64,000 nt of DNA. Source: Marsupella aquatica. Lineage: Eukaryota > Plantae > Marchantiophyta. The translations under genes and the position numbers were made by a program. Below are positions 49,183 through 60,600 of the stretch, piece by piece. Under the pieces are notes generated by a model, which worked only from the letters and a program-made list of their open reading frames with translations, was not told the DNA's origin and ran no database searches. The stretch spans positions 9,561,761-9,625,760 of the forward strand of contig OZ316898.1 in the NCBI GenBank assembly GCA_973895155.1, in the 5' to 3' direction. The number at the start of each line of letters is the position of its first letter. Position 1 is the stretch's first letter.

Positions 49183-51596
49183 AAATAATGTCCCCCACAA
49201 CAGGTATTGCACTAGCTAAGCTTGTAATTACCGGGTTTCAAGGCAATACAAGAAACCATGGAATGGGACTAGGCACCTGGTTACTTGACTGTTGACTGTC
49301 TACAGTGTTTGTTTACCCTTGCTTTGTCCAGGACTTCTGGTGTGACTCTTGCTAGAGCTCCAACCCACAGGAAATGTGTCTCTAAAATAGACGGTCTCAA
49401 ACATGCACCCGTGTTGCTCTTCCCGCGCAGGAGAGGGCCTACCCTAAACTGTCCACCTGAGTTACAGTACTTTAAAAACGTGTGTTCCTCCCAATCCCTC
49501 CTTGGTGAAACATTGCCGGTGAGCTCTAACACAAGATGACGAAACTGCCTCTTGAGAAAAGCTAAAGCGGTGTCCCTCCCAATCCTTCCTTCATGAAAAT
49601 CACCACTGAGCTCTAACACGGGATGGTGAACACAGCCTCCTGGGCAAGGCCGAATCAGGATCGGAAAAGTGAGTCTGAGTTAGCTTCAATTGACAACCCC
49701 TAGTAGGGCACCTCAACTCTTTCGGTTTTGGCTCTGGTCATGGTCACACACAATTTTCCGACGGAAAGTAAAGTGGCGGACTCACAAAAGCTTGTCCTAC
49801 CACTTGTGACCAACTTATGTACCTCACACAGGTCTCACACTTTTGGGCTGCGGATAGTTTTGTGCTCCTTGAGACTCATGCCCTACTACGAGACAATGCT
49901 TCACCTACCACAGCCATGACCAACTGGCTTTTGGTCACCATAGAATGAGTGAAGTGAGAATGGTGTCTTTTGCATGCCATTGCTCCTGATCTTGTCTAGT
50001 TTCTACCCTTCCTGGCTATGTCATGCCTTTGTACATTTGTCAGCAATTATAACTAGGTCCTCTCACACCTTGGTGACCTCCTTCCAAGGGGGGGGGTTCC
50101 ATAACATGCATGCACAATGTTTTTGAAGAATAAACACATAATATATTATATGAAATGGGAATAACATATGGTTTTAAGAAAGCCATATAATTCAATTATC
50201 AAAATTTTATGAAAACACCCCTAATGCTTTCCACAAAAGTTTACAAGTCTTTCACTAAACCAAATAAAAAACCCCTATACTTATTATTGCCTGAATATGG
50301 GTCGAAAAAACCCTGGGGTCAAAACATGGTCATAATAGTAAAGTAAGGCCAAAAATATTAAATGGTTTTATGGGTGGGACAAAAATTACTAGCTACCTAC
50401 ATACTCGTGGGCCTCACTATATGGAGACCTCCCCAGCACCTGTGATGTTTCTAGGCCACGGTTCCCCTAAAATGTAAGAAACAAATTTATTCCTTAACCC
50501 CTACAAAGTTAGAATACTCTTGAAATATTCTCAAATGTTGATTAAAAAGACCCTAATATTCTTATAAGTCTCAAAATTGAATTTAAAAGATCATATTGTT
50601 CTTCTGCAAAACTTCTTAAGTCTTCCCTTAGAACCATTAAAATGGCCATATCCTTCGTCGCACGTGATGTGCCATATTTGCGAACATGAAACCCCTGAGA
50701 CTATGTATATGTCATAAAAAGATCCGACATCCAAATTAATCACAGCCATAGTAAGACCTTGATCGTGTCAATGTTTTGACACATCCTTGCTAATAGGGTT
50801 TCTCAAAGCTTCAAATGTGTGGATGATGGCTTTTGGCTTAAACAAATGGCGGGAGAAATGGCTCTAACATTTTCATAGGGTTGAATCAGCAAAAGGTTTT
50901 ATTTGTGTATTTTTCACTGACCTTTATAGTGACTTATGACTTCGGTATGACTTATGGTCATGGCATATGACCAATCTTTATGGCAGAAGTTATGGACAAT
51001 GAATTTGGTAGTCCTTAACTTTTTATGTGCCTTATCTTAACTATCAAGTTACTTAAGGTCTCTCCAGTTTTTTAGGCTTGAGGCCTGCTAGTGGCTGAAT
51101 TACTTTTGACTACCCTACACTCAAATACGAGTTCAAGTTTCTGAGTCCCAAAACAACCATCTACTACGTACAGGGGTATGCAGCTACAGTAGTCCATTCC
51201 TAGTTGTCTGTCAAAAATTGTAGTCCATCTGGACTTATTTTCTCTGTCAATGGCATTGTTTTTTCTTCCTTCACATAAAAATGTCAAAGTTTATTCACCT
51301 CTAGTTGCTACTTGCTATGGGGACTGGTTTGGGGTTTTTTGGCCATAGAGCACTCTTTCATCAGCTCTCACCCTCCTCTGATCTTGCCTGCCAGTGAGTT
51401 TGAGGGCTCAACCACAAAGCATTCCATGGGCCCCTTGAGAACCATTTCAGGGACCAGTACATATGGTGCACCAGCTCCACCGACAGCACTTTCGGTTGAC
51501 GGTCCTGAAAGCTGGAGAACAAACGGGAGAACAAATAACGCTTCCTCTCTGCTCATGGCTGCAATTAATTTTCCCGGATAGTGGAAGGCTTGGCTA

Positions 51597-52307
51597 CAGT
51601 CTTCCCCCGAACACAGTGCCCAGGCACTATATTCGAATAGTGGGACATGGGGCGTTATATTCGAATAGTGCGCCCAGGGCATTGTGTTTGAGTTTTGACA
51701 CTATGTTTTGGAATTTTTTTACCTTGTGGCGTTGTGTTTGAATTGTGGCGTTGTGTTTGAATAATGACATTGTGTTCAAATTTAACCATTGTGATGAATT
51801 TAGGATGTAAGCAAGAATGATAGGCATAGAATTTAGGGTGTAAGCAGGAATGAAAGGCTAATGCTTCCGGACCATTTCCTCCTGGCCAAATTTGGTGAGA
51901 CAAAATAAAATAACGGCTTAGAAACTCATTCTCTGATTTCTATGGGTTTGCACATGGATGTAACTATTTGCATAGTTGTCAAGTGCCATTTCAATTGGGT
52001 ATGTAAGGGAAATATTGCTCCTAGCATTGTTGTCAAGATGTGAAGGTTATCAACAGCTTTTTGTTTACTTTGCTTATGCTTTGATTGTAATTCATGAACT
52101 TGCACTTTTTGTGCTCAATGCTGTCAAGATTAGAAAAAACTGAAACACAACCCTGAATATTCAAACACAATGCCATATTCGAACACAACGACCGGGCGTT
52201 GTGTTAAAATGACGTTGTGTTCGAGTTAAAACTACTTTTTCTTACCAAGACTAAAAAATTTCAACTTTTGAACACAACGCCTGGGCGTTGTGTTCGGGGG
52301 AAGACGG
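51597..52307. mobile_element. Non-autonomous pogo/Tc1-mariner-like element, 711 bp
   Basis: TA|CAGTCTTCCCCCGAACACA...TGTGTTCGGGGGAAGACGG|TA, with subterminal gcgttgtgtt/aacacaacg repeats. Confidence 0.85.
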
Positions 52308-53091
52308 TAGCCTTCCAGGGGAAGACGGTAGCCTTCCACCCTGTACGTCGAGTTGAGGATCACCCTTAAACAATTGTGGCTTCACATTGGCTCCAAATAA
52401 CACGGATGTGTTTGAGGGCTAATGGAACTCTCCTCTTAAGCTCTTTTGATAGTTCAGCCCTGAAGATAACTGCCTTTTTGCCCTTTTTTTTTGATGCGGT
52501 GTTCAGCTGGCCCTTGTTTCTTGCTTGCTGGCTGCCTGGCGGGCATTGTCTCTTTCCTCTACATAAATGTGTTGCTTGCTTCCCGTCATCCGTGGGCTTT
52601 TTGAGGAACAAATAGAAAAATCGTTTGAACAGTTTATTCACATGGACTCAATGAAATGCTTACTGCAGGTAGCAACTCTAAAGATCTCTACTATAGATCA
52701 CTGTCTCTTAAGAATATTAAAGAATGAAAGTGATGCTCCAATGGACCTAGCCTGTGAACCATGCAACCCTCATGTACCATGACACCTTTTACACCTCCCC
52801 TCATTTTACACACCTTTCTTGAATGTGTGGAAAAGATATTTACAGATTTCCCCTTTAAAAACAATTTAAAAAATAAACAATCAAAAACCCCCTAAATAAA
52901 TCTGATGGTACCCACTTGTATCCCATCAAAATCACCGGACAGGAAGATTACGTGTGCGGGCACACTTTTTGCGTCCACCACTTTTTTCTGGGATTGTCTT
53001 TGTTGGCAACCTCGCTGAATGGAGAGATTTGAGGTGCCCTAGGTATTATAGTGGTTTGTCTGGGACCTGAGGCAGAAACGAGAGATTTGAG

Positions 53092-53193
53092 ATCCCTATT
53101 TTAATGGTTGATTGCTCCTTTCCAGATGATGATGCATCTCAGATCCCTATTACCAGTGGTTAATTGCTCCTTTCCAGATGATATTGTATCTCA
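53092..53193. repeat. ~51-bp tandem duplication abutting the stop codon of the fungal-type gene
   Basis: atccctatt...tggtt.attgctcctttccagatgat...atctcag occurs twice. Confidence 0.85.
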
Positions 53194-54462
53194 GATATGG
53201 GGTAAGAAACTGCACCAATTGACAGCCTGATAAATCACAGAAGGAAGCGCTCTCAAGGTGAGGATCGACTCGGTTAGGACCACCGTGCGAACCACCATAT
53301 ACGCACCAACAGGCGGCCCACAGAAACACAACTGTGCCCAAAACGGCATCACCGCCACCAGCTCCCAAAGTGACGAAGCCCGTGCTTTGAAGAGCTTTTC
53401 TGCAATGAACGGCGCGAAGTACGATCCCAGCGGCAAGGCTAAGCCATACGCACTGATGAGCCCAAATTCGATGAAGTTCGATATCGTCCACAGAAACCAC
53501 TCGATCCTGGAAGGAAACGACATCGTCCACGCTACCGCGACCTGTAGTCCGTAGTACATAAATTGGAAGAAGCTCAAGTACACAATCATACCCCAGCCGA
53601 TACCTTCAGCCGGGATAACCTTGCTGTCCGCCAAGGCTTCGCCCCTCGCTCCTGCTTCATCCCCGAAACCGAACATGACACCATAGACGAATCCAAACGC
53701 GAACCAGAATGGCCTTATCAAGCTCCTCATGTCTGGTGGCCGTTTGACGAAGTCGAGCGGCGTCCCCTTGTAAGGTCCTTCGGCACCCACATCGCGCCGC
53801 ACCTGCAAAGCCGGGGTGTCCATGCTTAGCACCTGCGGGTAGTTTGGGTCCAACGGCTTGTAGTACCAGAAGAAAGAGGTGTGCAGAGCGCACAAGATGA
53901 ATGCCAGCGTTGTTAGTTCCAGCGGCGCGAACCCGATGTTCGCCACTCCGCGCCCCAAACAATTTATAGAGAACCAGGCCATTTGAACGGCTGTGAAGGC
54001 GCGCGCAAGTTCGTCTGCTTTATTCACGTTGCGGATGTCGTCGGTACTGATCTGCGGCATGGGTAAGTATTTGTATTGCACCAGATATGCCAGCTGCTGA
54101 CTGTCGACAGGGAATGGCTCGATGTCCGGAGGTGCCACCTTAATCCCGCGCATGTTGGCAAAGAAGCCATGGCGCATCGTCCACTCATGGTGACCTATCG
54201 CGGCGAATTTGGAAACGGACTGCCGTGCCGAGAGCCATTCCTCGGCTGCTGTGGCGACGACGACTTCGGGGAAGAAAATAGTAAACACCTGCCAGCGGAA
54301 CTTGTACAACCCGAAGCGCCAACGCTGCTGCGGGAGGTTGAGGCACAGCGACGTCCAGGTGCAGAGGTAGATTGTGGCGAGGCTGCTATACAGAATATTG
54401 ATGGTGCCACGAGTGGTAGGCGGCGACCTCCAGCCCCGATCCACAGAAGGGTTGGTGTCCAT
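53191..54462 (-). CDS. Fungal-type uncharacterised multi-pass membrane protein (candidate horizontal transfer)
   Basis: Intronless 423-aa frame from ATG 54462. Motifs GWRSPPTTRGTINILYSSLATIYLCTWTSLCLNLP, IFFPE, WTMRHGFFANM, NKADELAR...Q..WF, LELTTLAF..C...FWYYKPLD, AW..SFPS.IEW.LW and LRALP..IY..VNW..FLPHI*. I recognise these as a filamentous-fungal hypothetical protein family. About 7-8 hydrophobic segments; more GC-rich than the flanks. Confidence 0.8.
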   Translation of the reverse strand: MDTNPSVDRGWRSPPTTRGTINILYSSLATIYLCTWTSLCLNLPQQRWRFGLYKFRWQVFTIFFPEVVVATAAEEWLSARQSVSKFAAIGHHEWTMRHGFFANMRGIKVAPPDIEPFPVDSQQLAYLVQYKYLPMPQISTDDIRNVNKADELARAFTAVQMAWFSINCLGRGVANIGFAPLELTTLAFILCALHTSFFWYYKPLDPNYPQVLSMDTPALQVRRDVGAEGPYKGTPLDFVKRPPDMRSLIRPFWFAFGFVYGVMFGFGDEAGARGEALADSKVIPAEGIGWGMIVYLSFFQFMYYGLQVAVAWTMSFPSRIEWFLWTISNFIEFGLISAYGLALPLGSYFAPFIAEKLFKARASSLWELVAVMPFWAQLCFCGPPVGAYMVVRTVVLTESILTLRALPSVIYQAVNWCSFLPHI

Positions 54463-54592
54463 GTGTCTTTGTCTGGAAGAAGCGGTGACAAAGCCATTGT
54501 GGATCAAGATTACAATCAAGCTCTGACCTTATACACGCAGGCGATCGCAGTAATGCCTTGGTTGAATCGTCTAGAAGCATGGAGCCTGGGAT

Positions 54593-54960
54593 GAACTGAG
54601 AAGGAAAGAACCGACACAGCATTTTGTCAACATGATCAGATCCCTCAGGAGAGAACACAGTTCTTCCCTATATAACAACAACGGATAAGAGTGAGTTGAG
54701 TATGCGGTTCCAACCCCATTGACGAACTGAGAAGGGAAGAATCGACATAGCATTTTGTCAACATGATCAGATCACTCAGGGGAGAAAACAGTTCTTCCCT
54801 ATATAATAACAAACAGATAAAAGTGAGTTGAGTATGGCGGGCCCGAAATGAGAAGGAAAGAATGGACATGGTATTTTGCCAACATGATCAGATCACTCAG
54901 GAGAGAACACTGTTCGTTCCTATATAATAACAAACAGATAAGAGTGAGTTGTGTATGGCC
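54593..54960. repeat. ~120-130-bp tandem repeat, 3 copies, upstream of the fungal-type gene
   Basis: gagaagg.aagaa...attttg.caacatgatcagatc.ctcagg...cctatataa...gagtgagttg occurs three times. Confidence 0.9.
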
Positions 54961-57638
54961 GGTATGCTCTTCCAACCACTTGACCCGCTTTAAGTTGTTA
55001 TTGTACGAGGTCAATTATTTAACATTAGTAATATTTACATCACCTAAACGTCGCTGGCTGCATACACACAAGTCAATTATAATTGCTTCGTTGCCCATGC
55101 ACCAGTGGTAAAAGACGGTGGACCCATGGGATTCTCTTCGTCAAAAACGTCAGCGCGTGATTCAAACGAATCGTCCAGAGTCTAATCCGAAACAGTAAAA
55201 GAACCTCTATGAATGGAGCGAGGATTCTCTCTAGAGAATCTGTCTTCGTTTGCTCCACGGCCTCCACCAGACCCTTGGGATTGGGTGTGATTTCTCTCCA
55301 GATTGACATTGCTAAAAATGGTGGACCCAATAAAGACTTTGTGGCAACCTAGAGGGACCACGCAAGACTCTCGTGCCACCGGTTGGAACGACGAAACTTT
55401 CTTCACGCAGACTATAACGAAACTCGGTGAAATCGTTTTGATAAATCAGCAAGCATTAAATAACTCGTTATCAGATACACTAACAGTCAGATGTTATAAA
55501 TTATTGTACCAAAAACTATATTGTAGTACAAGGTCTCACTCTTTTATAGTGTGTTTGTCTATTGGGCCCCCAAAAGTAAAGAATTTGACAAAGAGAATGA
55601 ATAAACCAAAAATTAAGTTTAGTGTGCACGGAAAAGTGACACTATGTTCCAAACAAGAAAAGGGAGCTATTATCTTGGGAGGGAAGCTATAATTATAAAA
55701 ATAGTTGCTAACTAAAGGATAATTGTCATGCCCTAAGTGTTGTTTTTTTGTTTATTTTCTTTTGGGTTTTAGTCAAATTCATGGGGCCACATTGAACCTT
55801 TGCACACCATCCCCCACATTTCCTGTTTTTTAGGTGAAGTGTACATCTCTTTTTCCATTTGTGAGTGCAAGGCAAATTATTGTAGCAAATGGGGCCAAGT
55901 TCAACCATGCAGGTGCTTCTTTTCGGCCCTCATTAAACTTCACTTATCTTTTTCTCCCATTTTATTTTATTTGCATTGCGCAACATAGTGTTTGTTTGCA
56001 TGGAGTTTTCTGTTTTGCTTGAATAGATATTTTGCCTTCCCCATGAGATTAATCTTCTTTGCAACTCATTGGCACCGTACCACAGTCAGTCTTTTGTGTC
56101 AACCTACACACAAGCCTAAACTGTCCACATTGACTGTACCTTGCACACCATTTGGGGTGGTGGCTTTCTTTCCTCGTGATTGAGGGTGAGTGGGAAGGGT
56201 GGGAGTTGGATGGCCAGAAGGACTGTCAGGAAAGGGGAAAATGCAAATGCAAATTCACTTGTGCCTTGGCCTTGCCTCCCCTCTCTGACTGGCTGCCTCC
56301 CTCACATGGGGAGGGCTTGGGTGTTTCACTTTTATAAAAATGACACATCAAGTGTGAAGATAAGATTATTTTATTGATTCTAAGAGAAAACTTACAATTT
56401 TTTTGGGAAGAACATGCATTAAGGTTTTTAAACTCCAATTATTAGACTTACAAGAATATTAGGGTCTCTTTAATCAAATTTTTTGGAAATTCCAATTTTG
56501 TAGGGGTTAAAAACATTTTTTTTGTTCTATTTAGGCTGTCCAAGGCTTAACAATGTAGCAGTTGAAGGGGAGGCCCCTATATAGTGAGACCCCTGAGGGG
56601 GAGGGGAGGAGAGGAGAAAAAAAATGTTCCATGACCCTCCCTCCGTCTAGCACAAATCTCAGGGCTGAATTTGCAACCCATGACGTGGTATACTTTGTCA
56701 AAATTTCACACATGCAGGTGTAATACGCTATTGAGGTCACATGTTGCATGTTAAGCGGAACAGAGAAATTCTGCTGTTTTGAAGCTCACAAGGACTATAA
56801 GAAGCAAATAACCATGATCATGGACAAAGGTACCGTCCCCCTAGTTACTCTCGGGTTTAGCACTCTTGATGAGACATCACCATGGTTAGCTTCAGCTTTC
56901 CGTTAAGCCATTGTTAGTGCTTACGGTCACATATTTGAGACCGTCTGATGAGTTCAGTATGATTGTGCATCTGCAAGTGCAGCGTGCCTTGATAGCAGGG
57001 TGAATGTGGCTAGTAGGGTTAACTAGGGTTCAATAAACATCTGAGGACAAATCAAATAAAAGAAAAGGAACCCATGAAAGAACTGAGGGTAGTTTTATGC
57101 CTCAACAATGGTTGACAATCTAAGTAAACGACAACAGATTCTTCAATATTATTATGCAACTGTGATATTAAAAAACCACCTGATATATGTTTTCCATATG
57201 ATCCCACTTGGTCGTATCGTGAGCAGGGACACACATTTTGAGATTCCATATTCAGAGGAATGCTCTGATGTAAGGTCGATAATAAAAAACCATCTCCATG
57301 AATGATGAATGAATAATCATTTATTTTATGACTTGTTCAAATCATCCTTCTCCTTCTAGACAGAAAGCCAGGGGAGAAACTTCTCTCTCCCCTCAAACAA
57401 TGGAACTGTAGCTATGATTCTCCCTCATACAACTAATCCCTGGGGATCAACACTCGTATTCTATAATACGGAAGCTGACATTTGATTCAGGTCCCAAATT
57501 ACAGTCTCAAACTATGTCTACAATTCTCGGGGTCTTCTGCTTTTCTCCACATCCAACTTGGAATTCAATGCATTACCTTCCAGCTTGCTGAGAACTGCTG
57601 GGAATCATGTCTAAACCAGCTATTGTACGGGCTCCACT

Positions 57639-60600
57639 TTAAAGATCGGAGGAGGTGGTCAGGGGGCAGATAGGGGCGAGGCTGGCATCACATCCTCCAA
57701 CATCTATGAACTTTCTGTTTATGTTGAAGCTGTCATACACCGAACCATCCTTGGCATGGATGAACTCAACGTCAAGGTTCTCGGAGTCTGCTGAAGTGAA
57801 TTTGAGATACCCCCACTCCAGGGAGTAATCCTTGACCAGACTCCAGGTGACGTTCAGAGGGCCATACGGTTCCGTATTCCTGCCTGCAGTTCCAGCTACG
57901 ATGTGAATTGTGGCATTGTACTGGCCTGAGTAGTTTATTGTCTCGTCTCCCACACATTTATCCTGGATGATGCCAAGAAATTGATTAGACACAACCAGAT
58001 CTCTAAACGGAAATTCCGTCTCTTTCGAACCGAGCTGTGATCCTCTGAACTTACTTTGTACAAGGATTTATTAGAATTTCCTTCATTGATTCCAATCCCT
58101 GAATAGTTTTCTGAGTGGGCTAATAAACATAGGATTCTTTCTGTGGTCATCTTGGAACAACGCAACTTATGGGCTCCTAGATAGATCGATAGTTCTTGAA
58201 AGAGTGGAGGATTTTCTGACACAGAGCTCTCACTAGCCAGTCAGCTCAAACTTTTACTAACTATAACTTCATGACCCAATGCTCTCTGATTCATAAAAAT
58301 GCAGTGTAATATTTGCTAATCCATCCAAACTATAGTTGGGATGCGACAATGCCGGAACCATGAAGAGAAGAAGATATGTACCAGAAACACAGGGCAAGTT
58401 CGCTCATAGTGATGGACATGGCCATATGTGGCAACGTCGACTTTGTACTTCTGCCAGAGTTCCTCCAAGTTTTCCCTGGCAAAGGGTTCACCAAAAGTGC
58501 CAATAGCCTGGTACTCTGAGCCCGAAGAGTAACCTAGGACCCTGTGTGCAACGAAGATCAGCCAGGGTTGAGCCTGCCTGTCCACAGATGCCAGGCACTC
58601 CTCTAGAAAGATGTACTGCTCGGTGCCTTTTCGCCAATCGAATTCGGAGTTGGCTACACAGAAGTGAAACTTTCCGTAGTCTGCTGAGTACCTATGATCA
58701 TCAAACAGTGCCAGCAGCTCGATTAGATTGTGACTAGATTTATCAACTTCTTAATGTGATCAAATTGAATTTTCCAAATGAATAGATCATATATAGCTAA
58801 GAAAGCGTCTTTGACAACTGTTACAGAACTTCAATTTAATTTATGTTTCTATCGAATAACAACCTTCCAACAGATCATCCCTAACAACATTTGTTCACCA
58901 TTCCCCCGTGACAAACAAAAGCGTACGACTACTGCCCGTGTGCTCTTAGCTTACAAAGGTAAACTTTCTAGTCACAATGGTTGACCTGTAGTTTACCTTA
59001 GTTTCACTCTCGAAACGGACTGAGGCTAATTCACTACGAACGAGCTAGCTGCTTCAGGCTGTAAATTCTTACCAGTACTTGTCCTTATTCTTGGTGGGCG
59101 CCTTGAACATGGTCGACATTACGGCACCACATTCTCCTCCAGAGTCTAAGGTAACATAGTAGGAGCCTGAACCGGGCCAGTCTCGCTCATGATTACCACT
59201 GCCAAGCAATGAAATCAGAGTATGAGCATAACAAACCTAATACCTTGAGCTCATACTGTACTCTGGTCTCTTGGGTCAATGCAGGTCCATCATACATTTT
59301 GTGCTATAGGCTAGAACAAATATTTCAGGTATGTTTAGGATGAGTGTTATCGGTTTGGTTATTTCTCTCCACAGCTCTACTAAAATCTGTGCAGCTTTAA
59401 TTGATCATCACTGGCATAAACACCCATACTGAGATGTGTTTATCCAGAAGTTAAAGGCTCATTGGGGAGTCAGTAACTTACGCTGAAAGCAACCAGGGCA
59501 CACGGTTTGTAACGTTGGAAATCTGATCAGCGTATTGTTCCCATTCAGCCAAGTACCCATTAGCATATACAATATCTCCATTGTGGATGACCAGGTCTAT
59601 GTTGTCGACGTCTTTCACCAGCGAATCTGTCACGATCAGCGCTCCGTTGTCGGTATTATGGTACTCCATGGATCCATCTCGTTCATGCTGCGTGTAAACC
59701 ACAGAAGATAGCTTATTCATGTGTACCTAAAAACCCCCGCTTCAAGGAAACTGAGGTTCTGCACATGATAATGACGATTGCTGACAGACAATATGCAGCA
59801 AAAATTGGTTTTTGTGCCCTCCACAAATATCCAACAAGCTGATTTGACTTAGCTTAAGGTTTTCTCCAGTCTGTAGTGCAACCCGAAACATATTTAAAAG
59901 AATTACATTGGGCATGAAGCAATCATGGACAACTAATTAAGTGCTTGAGGTACATACCTTCCCCATGTCACCAAAGATGACCACCCGTTGCAAAGAGTCT
60001 TGGCCTGGGTAAGGGGCAGTCTTGAAGGTGTTCGATGGGCCCCACACGTATTGGCCAGTCTTCAGCACCTTATGAGCCACCTTGTAAGAGTATCTGCAAT
60101 TTGGCGGCAGACTCGATCAGTTCCCAGAAATCTAATTTCCATTTATAATCAACAGAGCACTTCTCAACGACGGTTATTAATTATATTGAGGTCAGGTAGG
60201 GAAAAACAAGAGGTTGCTTTGTCCCATCCTTACTTGCTGGTGGGCCACAAATTCTTCATGAAAACTGTGTGGGTGTAGCCAGGATCTCTCCACCCCACCG
60301 TAGAAGCAGGAGCTCCTGCACAACCCTCTCAAATTCAGCTCTTCTAGTTGATTGATCCATTGCATCTGTCAGTGCATGCTCCAAACATGGCCTTGTTTTA
60401 AGCAATCAACTCTAATACATATGTACATTCAGCTTCTGTTGAGTGCTGGGTAGAGACGTACCGCAAACATCAGATCTGGTGTAAGTAAGAGTAACACCAA
60501 CTGACATTGTCCAATCCACGTCTTCTTCCCACTTAAACAGCACAATTGGTCTGGCTTCTGCATCGCTGTAGCCACTTGTCCATGTCAAAGTCATCTGCAA

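Noticed and set aside
48901-49212. Functional cytochrome b gene
   Set aside because: It is only an internal fragment with damaged conserved residues, and the ORF start and end come from unrelated flanking DNA.
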